Shown: positions 40,944 to 50,093 of the stretch, in pieces
Layout: each line of letters begins with the position of its first letter
Numbering within the stretch: the first letter of the stretch is position 1
Source of the DNA: an uncultured Lentisphaerota bacterium
GTDB lineage: Bacteria > Verrucomicrobiota > Lentisphaeria > Victivallales > UBA1829
NCBI GenBank assembly: GCA_900320095.1
Contig: ONQZ01000005.1
Coordinates: forward strand, 31 to 64,030
DNA: 64,000 nucleotides
Direction of reading: 5' to 3'
The notes under the pieces: model-generated
The model's database searches: none
Told to the model about the DNA's origin: nothing
The model's input: the letters and a program-made list of their open reading frames with translations, nothing else
Translations under genes and position numbers: made by a program

Positions 40944-42499
40944 CAGCAGTCGAACGTGAACGCGTTGATCGCGTTGACGGCCTCGGAGATCTCCTTGACG
41001 AGTTCGGCCGGGATGGTGCTTTCGGCGTTTACTGCGAGGATCGAGTGGGAGTTTTCGAGGCTGTGCGGAGCGCGGACGTCGGTGATGTTGATGTTGTTCT
41101 TGCCGAGGACGCCGGCGATCTTGCCGATGATGCCGGGGGCGTCTTCGTATTCGACGAAGAGGTAGTTTCCGGCGGGATGGATGTAGATGCCGTCGAACGA
41201 GTTGATGCGGGAGACCATGAGGCGGCCTTCGGCGATGGTGCCGCGGATGGAGATGCGTTCGGATCCGGCGATGAAGTCGATCGTGATGGCTTCGCCGTAG
41301 TGCTTGCTCTCGTCGACTTCGCGGACGATGAACTGGATGCCGCGGGATTCGAGGAGCTTCAGCGCCTCGTCCGCGCCGCTGAAGGCGTCGAACTGCGGGC
41401 AGATGGCGGCGGTGACCGGGGCGATCATCCACTTGGAGAACTGGTGGAGCTTGCCGTAGCAGCTGAGCTCGATCTTGGAGACCGCGCGGCCGTTCAGGTA
41501 CGCCACGCCGAGTCCGGCGAGCACGGAGGCGAGCTTCTGGTAGTTCGCGTCGAGCCCGTCCGGCACGCCCTTGTTCACGACGCAGGCGGTCACGCCGTCC
41601 TCGAAGTAGGCGACGGTCTGGTCGGCGGCGCGTTTGGCGGCGAGGAAGTTGGCTTCCTTCGTGCTTGCGCCGAGGTGCGGGAGCATGATGTCGGCGATGT
41701 CGGCGACGGACTTGTCGCCCGCGGCGTCCTTCGCGTAGACGTCGTTGCAGAAGATCAGGTCTTTTTCCTGCTTGGCGGCGCGGATAGCCTCTTCGTCGAC
41801 GATGCCGGCGCGGGCGCAGTTCACGAGCATGGCGCCCTTCTTCATGAGGCCGAGCAGCTTGGCGTTGATCATGCCGCGGGTCTTGTCATTTTCCGGGATG
41901 TGCAGGGAGACGATGTCGGACTGCGCGAAGACTTCCTCGACCGTGCAGAGCTGCGCGCCGAGGTGGGCGGCGAGGTCGGCGGAGAGGATCGGGTCGTAGG
42001 CGAGGATCTTCACGTCGAAGCCGGAGAGACGCTTGATGAGCAGGCGGCCGATGTTGCCGAGGCCGAGGATGCCGACGGTCTTGCCGGTCAGCTCGCGGCC
42101 CATGAAGCTCTTCTTCTCCCATTTGCCGGCGCGGGTGGACTGGTCGGCGGGGACGAGCTTACGGTAGGCGGCGAGGATCAGGGCGATGACTTCTTCCGCG
42201 ACGGCGTTGGAGTTCGCGCCCGGGGTGTTCATGACGTCGATGCCGAGCTTGCGTGCGTGGCGGATGTCGATGTTGTCGAAACCGGCGCCGGCGCGGACGA
42301 CCAGCTTCAGGTCCTTCAGTCCGTCCATGATCTCGGGCGTGACCTTCTCGCTGCGGACGATGATCGCGGAGGCGTCGGAGTTCTCGGAGGCCAGATCGGC
42401 CAGCTGCACGTCCGGGTTCTGGACCACGGTGAAACCGTGTTCGCTCAGGATTTTTTCAACGACCTTGTCGAGTTTGGTGGGAATGAGGACTTTTCTCAT
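40943..42499 (-). CDS. serA: D-3-phosphoglycerate dehydrogenase (long form with ASB/ACT domains)
   Basis: NAD motif GILGLGNIGR, a HLGAST catalytic region and a C-terminal ACT-like domain. Start set to ATG 42499 (MRKVLIPTKL) with an AGGAGA RBS. Confidence 0.92.
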   Translation of the reverse strand: MRKVLIPTKLDKVVEKILSEHGFTVVQNPDVQLADLASENSDASAIIVRSEKVTPEIMDGLKDLKLVVRAGAGFDNIDIRHARKLGIDVMNTPGANSNAVAEEVIALILAAYRKLVPADQSTRAGKWEKKSFMGRELTGKTVGILGLGNIGRLLIKRLSGFDVKILAYDPILSADLAAHLGAQLCTVEEVFAQSDIVSLHIPENDKTRGMINAKLLGLMKKGAMLVNCARAGIVDEEAIRAAKQEKDLIFCNDVYAKDAAGDKSVADIADIMLPHLGASTKEANFLAAKRAADQTVAYFEDGVTACVVNKGVPDGLDANYQKLASVLAGLGVAYLNGRAVSKIELSCYGKLHQFSKWMIAPVTAAICPQFDAFSGADEALKLLESRGIQFIVREVDESKHYGEAITIDFIAGSERISIRGTIAEGRLMVSRINSFDGIYIHPAGNYLFVEYEDAPGIIGKIAGVLGKNNINITDVRAPHSLENSHSILAVNAESTIPAELVKEISEAVNAINAFTFDC

Positions 42500-42670
42500 G
42501 GGTGTCTCCTTGTGCGTCTTCACGCACGGTTGGGTTGTCCAAAAAAACTTGGAGCATATAATATACACCGTGTGCGCGAAACTTTCCACCGGATTCCGTC
42601 AAATAGTCCCGTTTTGCCGTGAAAATGAGCGGCGGGAAAGGGCGGAACGGCAGATGATGTGTCGCCGCCG

Positions 42671-45139
42671 TCAGATGCCCAGGCGGTCCTGCCGCATCAG
42701 CTCCGCGTCGCGGAAATCCATGTGCGGCGTGTAGCCGTCCAGCGGCAGAATGAGCGTGTGGATCGCGTCCAGGATCCAGTCCGGCTGCGGATAGTAGCTT
42801 GTTTCCAGCTCGGGGCACGGCGAGATCTCGTTCGGCGCGCCGATCGCGACGGGCGGCGCGTCCAGGTCGTCGAAACAATACCGCGCGATCCGGGCGGCGA
42901 GCGTCTGCGTCCAGGAACCGCGTTCGCACGCCTCCGACACGATCAGGATGCGTCCGGTCTTCCGCACGGACTGCACGACCAAGTCGAAGTCGAACGGCAC
43001 GAGCGACCGCGCGTCGATGACCTCTGCGGACAGACGGAATTCGCGTTCGAGGCGTTCCGCCGCGCGCATCGCCGGATACAACGCCGGGCCGACCGTCAGG
43101 ATCGTGAGGTCGTTTCCGGCTCGTTTTATGTCGGGCGTCCCGAGCGGGATCTCGTAGTCCTCCTCCGGTACGCCGTCCGCATGAAACATCTCCGGTGTGT
43201 CGTACAGGCGCTGGCTTTCGAAGAAGACGACCGGATCGGTTCCCGCGAGCGCCGCCGCCAGCATGCCCTTCGCGTCGTACGGGGTCGCCGGATAAACGAC
43301 CTTCAGTCCGGGGATGTGCGTGCAGAGCGCGGTCCAGTCCTGCGCGTGCTGGGCGCCGTATTTCGCCCCGACGGACACGCGCAGCACCACCGGCATTTTG
43401 AGCATGCCCGCCGACATCGCCTGCCATTTCGAGAGCTGGTTGAACACCTCGTCTCCGGCGCACCCGATGAAATCGCTGTACATGAGTTCGATCAGCATGT
43501 GTCCGCCGCACATCGCGCAGCCGACCGCCGTCCCGACGATCGCCGCCTCGGAGATCGGGGCGTTGAACAGCCGATGATAAGGCAATGCCTCGGTCAGTCC
43601 GGTGTACACGCCGTACGCGCCGCCCCAGTCGCGGTTGTCCTCGCCGTAGATGACGAGCCTGTCGTCGGCGTATGCCCGGCTCAGGACCGCCTCGAACAGC
43701 GCGTCGCGCAGCGTGAACGCCTTCAGTTTGGAAACCGGATTGCCCGCGGCGTCCAGGTAAAACCTTGTTTTTTCCGCAAGCTTTTTCTCCCTCGCGTTCT
43801 CCTCGATCGGCTGCGTGACGTCGCGCCCGACTTCCGCCGGATGCGCCTCGCTTCGCCCGTTCGAGAAATTGTACTTGCGGAACGCATCGGGTTCACGGGT
43901 CGGGTCGGGCCGTGGTGAGATAGTTGTATCCGCCGCCAGACGCGTGAGGTGTGTGATATGTTCGATGATCCGAGCGTCCATCGCCTCGAACTCGGCGGAA
44001 GAGACAAGCCCGGCATCTTCCATATTTCTTCTCAGCGCCAAAATCGAATCCGCCTTGCGCCATTCCTCGATCTCTTCCTGCGAACGGTACGAGTTAGCAT
44101 CCGTGGCGGAGTGCCCCGCGTAACGGTATGTGATCGTTTCAAGGAAGACCGGGCCGCGGTTCGCCTCGATAAGCGCGCGTTTCCGGCGGAAGGCGTCGAT
44201 CACCGCCAGCGGATCGTAGCCGTCGACGCGTTCCGCGTGCATGGCCTCCGGGTTCACGCCGGCGGCGACACGTGCGGCGCATCCGTATGCCATCGTCTCG
44301 CCGGAGGTCTGCCCGCCCATGCCGTAACAGTTGTTGATGCAGTTGAAGATGACCGGCAGGCCGCCCCGGTAGCCTTCCTCCCAGAGCATATTGAACTGGT
44401 CCATGGCGGCGAAGTTCATCGCCTCCCACACCGGGCCGCGCCCGAGCGCGCCGTCCCCGAAATTGCAGACCGCGAGCCCGCCGCTCCGGGTCACTTTCCG
44501 GTAGAGCGCCGCGCCCGCCGAGATCGTCGCCGAACCGCCCACGATGGCGTTGTTCGGGTAGATGCCGAACGGCGGGAAGAAGACGTGCATGGAGTTGCCG
44601 TGCCCGCGGTTGAACCCGTTTGCGCGCCCGAAGACCTCGCAGATGAACCCGTAGAGCAGGAAATCCGCCGCGAGTTCGCGGATGTTGCCGCTTTGAGCAT
44701 TTTGTTCCACGACGCGCAGGATGTCCGGGCGCGATTTCATGATGCCGTCAAGCTCGGTTTCGCTCAGCGTCCGGACGGCGCGGAATCCGCGCGCGAGGAA
44801 TTCGCCGTGGCTCCGGTGCGACCCGAAGATGATGTCGTCGCGGTCGAGCGTGAACGCCATGCCGACGGCCGCGGCCTCCTGTCCGGTGGAGAGGTGCGCC
44901 GGACCGGTGTAACAGTATTCGATGCCGTTGTAGTTTTTGACCGTGCGGACGCCGTAGATCATGGTCTCGACCTCGCGGATGTACCGCATGTCGAGGTAGA
45001 TACCCTTCAGTTCGTCAGGCGAAAACGCCCTCAATTCCTCCTCGAAGGCTTTATTGTACTGATTCAGCGGGATCTCCGGCATTTCGAGCCGTCCCGCCCG
45101 CCTCAGGTCCGAGGGATGAATGATCTGTGTCTTCGGCAT
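42671..45139 (-). CDS. 2-oxoacid dehydrogenase E1 component, fused alpha/beta subunits (TPP-dependent)
   Basis: The N-terminal half is E1-alpha-like (GSHRSHGEFLARG, GNSMHVF, IVGGSA). The C-terminal half is E1-beta/transketolase-like (FNAPISEAAIVGTAVGCAM). It is a single 822-aa ORF. Confidence 0.88.
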   Translation of the reverse strand: MPKTQIIHPSDLRRAGRLEMPEIPLNQYNKAFEEELRAFSPDELKGIYLDMRYIREVETMIYGVRTVKNYNGIEYCYTGPAHLSTGQEAAAVGMAFTLDRDDIIFGSHRSHGEFLARGFRAVRTLSETELDGIMKSRPDILRVVEQNAQSGNIRELAADFLLYGFICEVFGRANGFNRGHGNSMHVFFPPFGIYPNNAIVGGSATISAGAALYRKVTRSGGLAVCNFGDGALGRGPVWEAMNFAAMDQFNMLWEEGYRGGLPVIFNCINNCYGMGGQTSGETMAYGCAARVAAGVNPEAMHAERVDGYDPLAVIDAFRRKRALIEANRGPVFLETITYRYAGHSATDANSYRSQEEIEEWRKADSILALRRNMEDAGLVSSAEFEAMDARIIEHITHLTRLAADTTISPRPDPTREPDAFRKYNFSNGRSEAHPAEVGRDVTQPIEENAREKKLAEKTRFYLDAAGNPVSKLKAFTLRDALFEAVLSRAYADDRLVIYGEDNRDWGGAYGVYTGLTEALPYHRLFNAPISEAAIVGTAVGCAMCGGHMLIELMYSDFIGCAGDEVFNQLSKWQAMSAGMLKMPVVLRVSVGAKYGAQHAQDWTALCTHIPGLKVVYPATPYDAKGMLAAALAGTDPVVFFESQRLYDTPEMFHADGVPEEDYEIPLGTPDIKRAGNDLTILTVGPALYPAMRAAERLEREFRLSAEVIDARSLVPFDFDLVVQSVRKTGRILIVSEACERGSWTQTLAARIARYCFDDLDAPPVAIGAPNEISPCPELETSYYPQPDWILDAIHTLILPLDGYTPHMDFRDAELMRQDRLGI

Positions 45140-45154
45140 CGCGTCCGCCCGTTG

Positions 45155-46531
45155 TTACAGTTCCATCAATGCGGCGTCGCGCAGGACTTCCGCCACGGTC
45201 GGGTGCGGAAACACCGTCTGCGCAAGGTCGGCGGCGGTCATGCGCTGCGTGATCGCCACCGCCATCGCCGGGATGATCTCGGACGCCGGATTGCCGAGCA
45301 TGCACGCGCCGAGGATGCGCTTCTCCTCGTCCAGCACCAGCTTCATGATGCCGTTTCCGCCCTCGTTTTCCGCCTGGTACCGCCCGCTGAAAAGCAGCGG
45401 CAGCTTGACCGTCTTCACGTTCAGCCCCTTTTCCGTCGCGGTCTCCTCGGTCTCGCCGACGGACGCCGCTTCCGGGTTCGTGTAGATGACCGACGGGATC
45501 GCGTCGTAGCGCATCGTGTCGTCCACGCCGCGGATCACGTTCACCGCCACTTCCGCCTCGCGGTACGCCGTGTGCGCCAGCATGGATACGCCGTTCGCGT
45601 CTCCGGCGGCGAACACGCCCGGCACGTTCGTTTGCATTTTCTCGTCCGTGCGGATGCCGCCGTTCGCGCCGAGTTCGATCCCGAGCGATTCGAGTCCGAT
45701 ATTCCGCGTGTTCGGTTTTCGCCCGGCGGCGACCAGTATCTTGTCTGCCTCCAGCTCGAATTCGTCGCCATTCGCCTTCATGCCGCGGACGCGGCCCGCC
45801 TTAATTGCCTGAATCCGGCTTCCGGTCAGGAATTTGACCCCGCGTGCCGTGTAGTTCCGCTGGAGCAGTGCCGCGATGTCGCGGTCGATGCGACCGCCGA
45901 TCCGGTTGAGCATCTCGACGACCGTCACGTCCGATCCGGCGGAATTGAAATACGACGCCATTTCCAGACCGATCGCGCCCGCGCCCATCACGATGAGTTT
46001 CTTCGGGACCTCGGTCATCGACAGGATTTCCCGGTTCGTGACCGCGAATCCATCCGCGAGCGCTTCCTTCAGCCCGGGGATCGGCGGGACCGCCGCGGAT
46101 GATCCGGTCGCGATGAGTACGTTTTTCCCGGTGAACATCTCTCCGCCCGCCTCGATCACGAACTCGCCCGCCTCGTTTCTGCCCGCCAGCACGCCGTTTT
46201 CGCGTATGACGTTCGCACGGGCTTTCTTCATCTGCATTTCCACGCCCGCGACGAGCTTTTTCACGATCTTGTCCTTGCGTGCCACCACGAACGCATGGTC
46301 GAGCACGGCGTCCTTCGCCGTCACGCCGTATTTCTCCGCGCCGCCCTTCGCATAGTCGTACAGCTTCGCGGAATACAGCATCGTCTTGGTCGGGATGCAT
46401 CCCTCGTTGAGGCAGACTCCCCCCAGCGTTTTCCCTTCGAAGATCGCAGCGTTCAGCCCGAAATGCCCGGCGCGTTCCGCAGCGCGGAATCCGGCGGGGC
46501 CGCCGCCCAGGATCAGCAGATCGTATGTCAT
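45155..46531 (-). CDS. lpdA: dihydrolipoyl dehydrogenase (E3)
   Basis: DLLILGGGPAGF, the redox-active GGVCLNEGCIPTK and a C-terminal HPTVAE. Start set to ATG 46531. Confidence 0.93.
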   Translation of the reverse strand: MTYDLLILGGGPAGFRAAERAGHFGLNAAIFEGKTLGGVCLNEGCIPTKTMLYSAKLYDYAKGGAEKYGVTAKDAVLDHAFVVARKDKIVKKLVAGVEMQMKKARANVIRENGVLAGRNEAGEFVIEAGGEMFTGKNVLIATGSSAAVPPIPGLKEALADGFAVTNREILSMTEVPKKLIVMGAGAIGLEMASYFNSAGSDVTVVEMLNRIGGRIDRDIAALLQRNYTARGVKFLTGSRIQAIKAGRVRGMKANGDEFELEADKILVAAGRKPNTRNIGLESLGIELGANGGIRTDEKMQTNVPGVFAAGDANGVSMLAHTAYREAEVAVNVIRGVDDTMRYDAIPSVIYTNPEAASVGETEETATEKGLNVKTVKLPLLFSGRYQAENEGGNGIMKLVLDEEKRILGACMLGNPASEIIPAMAVAITQRMTAADLAQTVFPHPTVAEVLRDAALMEL

Positions 46532-46562
46532 GTGTTTTATCCTTATGTGAGGTTGTTTGCGT

Positions 46563-47771
46563 TTATGGTTCCGTCCCGCCCGGTTCGAGCTGAAGGGCGA
46601 GTTCATTCAAAAATCCTGCCGCCCGGAGCGCATCGACGCCCGCGCGGTCGTATGCGAGCGTCAGCCGGATCGCCGGATACGCCTCGATCCCGCCTCGTTC
46701 GTCGGCTTTTGTCCGCATGGTGACCGCGCCGATCCCGAGCGCGCAGAGTTCCGGCGGCGTCAGCTCCGGCGTGAAGCAATCCACGCCGTATGTGCTCAGG
46801 TCCGCCACGGAGAACGTCCCTTCCTGAAACTCCTGCGGCTTCGAGGCGAAAACCTTGCAGCGCTCCGTGGCGTTCCGCATCAGCACGGACAGTTCGTCCG
46901 CCGCATACATTTCCGCGCACCGGATGACCGGTTTCAGCGTGCCGGACGATGTTTCCACGTTCAGACGCAGATGCACCGTGTTGTATTCGTAGATCTTGTC
47001 GCCGTGACGCCGCGCGTTCAAATCGGGGTTCTTGACGAGAAGCCGCGTCAGTTCGCGGCAGATCATTTCGCCGGCCGCGAGCCTGTTTTGAGGCGTACAT
47101 CCCGCCAGGACTTTTCGTGCATCGAACACTCTGCTGACGAATCCGGTCTGACCTGCATTTTTCTCGCAAATCTGCCTCATATTGACGCGATCGGCGATCG
47201 TCAGCGGACGCCCGGAATAGATTCCTCTTGTTTTACTCGCGGCCTCATATTGAACAGCGCCAAGCACATCGCGTTCGAGGATTCTTCCGTCCGGGCCGCT
47301 GCCCATAAAAATCGCACTTAAATCCACGCCCAGCTCGTTTGCCGTTTTTCTTGCACGCGGTGAAATCTTCTGCTTTGCGTTCTGCGCCTTTTGAGCGAAA
47401 ACATGCACAGCTGCGGAAGCCGGATTCTTTTCTATCGGAATGTCAACTGTTTCTTCTGTGTGATCCAGTTTTTTCCCCGCCGTTTTGCCAAGTTCATTCA
47501 GCAGCGTTTCCAGCCCGGATTCCTCGAAAGCCGTTGTGCCGGACAGGATGCCGACCGGGCTCCCGACCGCGGCCTCCTCGCCTTCTCCGGTCAGGATACG
47601 CACGAGGAACCCGTCCGATTCCGCCTCGTACTGGAACGTCGCCTTGTCGGTCTCGAGGGAGAAAACGGGCTGCCCTTTGCGGACGTGTTCCCCCTCGCGG
47701 ACCAGCCATTTCGACAGGATCGCGCATTCGTCGGAGACGCCCATCTGGGGCATCCTGATCACGCTCGGCAT
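46563..47771 (-). CDS. 2-oxoacid dehydrogenase E2-like protein (lipoyl domain + E3-binding region + acyltransferase-fold domain with substituted catalytic residues)
   Basis: Lipoyl domain with the SLETDKATFQYEAE lipoyl-Lys context, then PRARKTANELGVDL (PSBD). In the C-terminal domain the canonical DHRxxDG reads YDRAGVDA and (T/S)xSN reads SVAD. Confidence 0.8.
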   Translation of the reverse strand: MPSVIRMPQMGVSDECAILSKWLVREGEHVRKGQPVFSLETDKATFQYEAESDGFLVRILTGEGEEAAVGSPVGILSGTTAFEESGLETLLNELGKTAGKKLDHTEETVDIPIEKNPASAAVHVFAQKAQNAKQKISPRARKTANELGVDLSAIFMGSGPDGRILERDVLGAVQYEAASKTRGIYSGRPLTIADRVNMRQICEKNAGQTGFVSRVFDARKVLAGCTPQNRLAAGEMICRELTRLLVKNPDLNARRHGDKIYEYNTVHLRLNVETSSGTLKPVIRCAEMYAADELSVLMRNATERCKVFASKPQEFQEGTFSVADLSTYGVDCFTPELTPPELCALGIGAVTMRTKADERGGIEAYPAIRLTLAYDRAGVDALRAAGFLNELALQLEPGGTEP

Positions 47772-47798
47772 AATCGTTTCCGCCTGCCTGTCTTGAGT

Positions 47799-48557
47799 TC
47801 AGAGCACGTGGACGCCCGCCGCCCGGAACGCCGCCTTGATCGACTCCGGCGCCTTCGAGTCCGTCACGATCGTGTCGATGTCGGAGAGCTGTGCGAACGT
47901 GAACGGCAGGATCGAGTTCAGTTTCGAGCTGTCCATCAGCATGATCACGCGCCGCGCCGATGCGATGATCGCGCGTTTCAGCACGCATTCGTGCTGGCCG
48001 CCGACGGAGAATCCGGTCGCGTCGGTGTACCCGGAGGCGCACACGAACGCCGTGTCGATGTTCAGCGTCTTGAGCTGGTCCAGCACGTTCAATCCGCATG
48101 TCGAGATCGTTTTCCGCTGGAGCGTCCCGCCCAGCAGGATGACCGTCGGATTCTTCTTCTTGAGCACGATCTCGATCCCGATGTTCGGCGCGGACGTGGT
48201 GATGATCAGGTTGCGGTCCGGCAGTTCGCGCGCCAGCATCATCGCGGTCGACCCGGCGTCGAGGTACATGCTGATGTCCGTCTCGACCAGCGCCGCCGCC
48301 TTCGCCGCGATCTCCTGTTTCAGGTCGCAGTTGCGCTTCTCGCGTTCGCCGTACATGCCCACGCTCACTTCGTAGCTTGTCGGCATGATGCGCGCGCCGC
48401 GTTTCGTGCGGATCAGGAACCGTCTCTGCTCCAGAAACTCCAGGTCCCGGCGGATCGTCATCTCCGACCAGTCGGAAAACTCCTTGGTAAGCTCGGACAG
48501 CGTCACGTCGCCCTTGCGTTCAATGTAGCGTTTGATGGCTTCCTGTCGTTCTTTCAT
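47799..48557 (-). CDS. DeoR family transcriptional regulator
   Basis: N-terminal HTH ERQEAIKRYIERKGDVTLSELTKEFSDWSEMTIRRDLEFLE and a DeoR C-terminal sensor domain. Start set to ATG 48557. Confidence 0.88.
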   Translation of the reverse strand: MKERQEAIKRYIERKGDVTLSELTKEFSDWSEMTIRRDLEFLEQRRFLIRTKRGARIMPTSYEVSVGMYGEREKRNCDLKQEIAAKAAALVETDISMYLDAGSTAMMLARELPDRNLIITTSAPNIGIEIVLKKKNPTVILLGGTLQRKTISTCGLNVLDQLKTLNIDTAFVCASGYTDATGFSVGGQHECVLKRAIIASARRVIMLMDSSKLNSILPFTFAQLSDIDTIVTDSKAPESIKAAFRAAGVHVL

Positions 48558-48732
48558 GGCTTTTCCTTTGCGTGGTTGCGTGGTTGAACAGCGTTTCGAG
48601 TTCGGCGTGCGCACTGCCGCGGGTCCGTTTCGAGCTGCGCGGCCGGACGGCGGCATTGTTTCCTTCCGGCGGTTTCCGGGACCGGCAGTCCGTTCCCTAA
48701 AATATTGCAGCATTATAATTTATCACAGATCG

Positions 48733-48768
48733 TTTGTGAATTCAACTCCGTTTTGTGAATTTTTCACA
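48733..48768. promoter_or_regulatory. operator-like repeats upstream of the DeoR/E2/E3/E1 operon (TGTGAATTCA and TGTGA-N5-TCACA)
   Basis: TTTGTGAAT occurs at 48733 and 48752. The second copy extends to a perfect inverted repeat TGTGAatttTTCACA (48754-48768). This is CRP/FNR-like half-sites with a spacer one nt shorter than the TGTGA-N6-TCACA consensus. Confidence 0.3.
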
Positions 48769-49400
48769 TCTTTTCTGGTTTCTTCTCAAAAAAAAGATAC
48801 GGCCGAGGTCACGGCCTTGACGATCCCGCTCAGGATGGATGCGTTTCCCGTGGTCCGCGGATTCGACGTGCCTGCGTTTGCCGCGCCGTCTGTCTTTCCC
48901 GCCGCGCATCGGTTTTTTGACGGCGATACCGTTTTCGTTGACGGAACGGGCGTGCCGGGAGATTTTGCCTCCCTTCAAAACGCTTTCCTCTGTCTGAATG
49001 TATAAAAACCTAAAACAAAATCGTAACAATTGAACTTAAAACGCGGACATCGTCCCGGCGCATTGTATCGTTTGCAAAATGCTCATATATTTTGCTGATT
49101 CTGTGCGCGAAAAACGAAAAAGAAAACGAGTAAAAACGCCTGCGTCCGGAAGCGTCTCAAAAAGTCCCGGGCGGACAGAACGGACGCCTCCGATCCTCCC
49201 GGCGGAAAAACGGATCACGATCTTAAACGACCGGAACAGTTATGTTTTCCCTTGCGGCCGCATCCACGGCTGCCGGATTCGCCGTGCGCGGTGTCGGTCC
49301 CGGCGGCTTTTCCGGCTTGTCAAGGGGCATCCGGGCGGCTTTCATAAATCAAAAATGAAGCTGATTGTAACTTTTTTTTTGTTTTTTTTCTTAGATTCCC

Positions 49401-49429
49401 TTGACTTTCCGGGGTTGCAAGTGTATTGT
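49401..49429 (+). promoter_or_regulatory. sigma70-like promoter candidate upstream of the giant-gene locus
   Basis: TTGACT (49401-49406), a 17-nt spacer, then TATTGT (49424-49429), preceded by a T-rich UP-like tract. The track ORF 'start' at 49401 is this -35 box. Confidence 0.35.
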
Positions 49430-49517
49430 ATTAGTGTTTAAGATCGTCGCGCACAATGAAAAAAGTGCTTCGGTGATCGTTTTTGAGCTCAAAATACAAG
49501 ATTTCGAAAGACCGGAC

Positions 49518-50093
49518 ATGACTGAATCGTACAACACGACATGCATGCAGAGGCATCTCATTGACCTCGGGACAACTGTGCCCCCGTCCCTCCGTGTCTT
49601 CACGCCCGACGCTCTGTTCCGGGAGCAATCCAAGTTCATTTCCGCCTCAATGCAACTTGATTTCGGGCTCCACTGCGCGCTCGTCATGGAGGCTCGCCAG
49701 GCGAACGGCCTGCACTTCTCTATCCGCGCGCAAGCACCCGAGGCGCCTCAATCCCTGTTCGGTTTCACCTCGGCATCCGCCGTGGAGGTCCTGCCTTCCT
49801 TCCGTGTCGCCGTGGAGTTCACGGCCGCCTCGAAGGAAACCCAGCTTTTCGTGTCGTCGCGAAGCACGGCGCTTCCGCAGTGGGGGATTTATCCTCCCAT
49901 TTCGTTCCGCGGCAGCCTCGATTTCGGCACGGTCATTTCCGTTCGCGGCACCTTCGACTTCGTCCGTTCGCTTTCCAGGGCTGCCGCGAAGCGCGCCTCG
50001 GCCTCGGCCGACGCCCTGCGTCGTTCCCGTCGTTTCGAGGTCCGTCACAACAACTGCGGAGGTCTCGCCTCCGGGAGGGCCCTGCGGCTATGA
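49518..50093 (+). CDS. hypothetical protein (191 aa) upstream of the giant repeat protein
   Basis: From about 49600 onward this frame shows host-like GC3-rich codon usage (ctc gtc atg gag gct cgc cag gcg aac ggc ctg cac ttc...). The start was chosen at ATG 49518 (MTESYN). No family was recognised. Confidence 0.45.
   Translation: MTESYNTTCMQRHLIDLGTTVPPSLRVFTPDALFREQSKFISASMQLDFGLHCALVMEARQANGLHFSIRAQAPEAPQSLFGFTSASAVEVLPSFRVAVEFTAASKETQLFVSSRSTALPQWGIYPPISFRGSLDFGTVISVRGTFDFVRSLSRAAAKRASASADALRRSRRFEVRHNNCGGLASGRALRL

Noticed and set aside
48532-49441. ORFs 48532..49005(+), 48742..49029(-), 49036..49218(-) and 49079..49441(+) in the DeoR/giant-gene spacer.
   Set aside because: They are mutually overlapping and lack RBS and codon bias, with mixed composition. 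The region is treated as non-coding or regulatory. The N-terminal 39 codons of track ORF 49401 were also dropped because its 'start' is the -35-like TTGACT.
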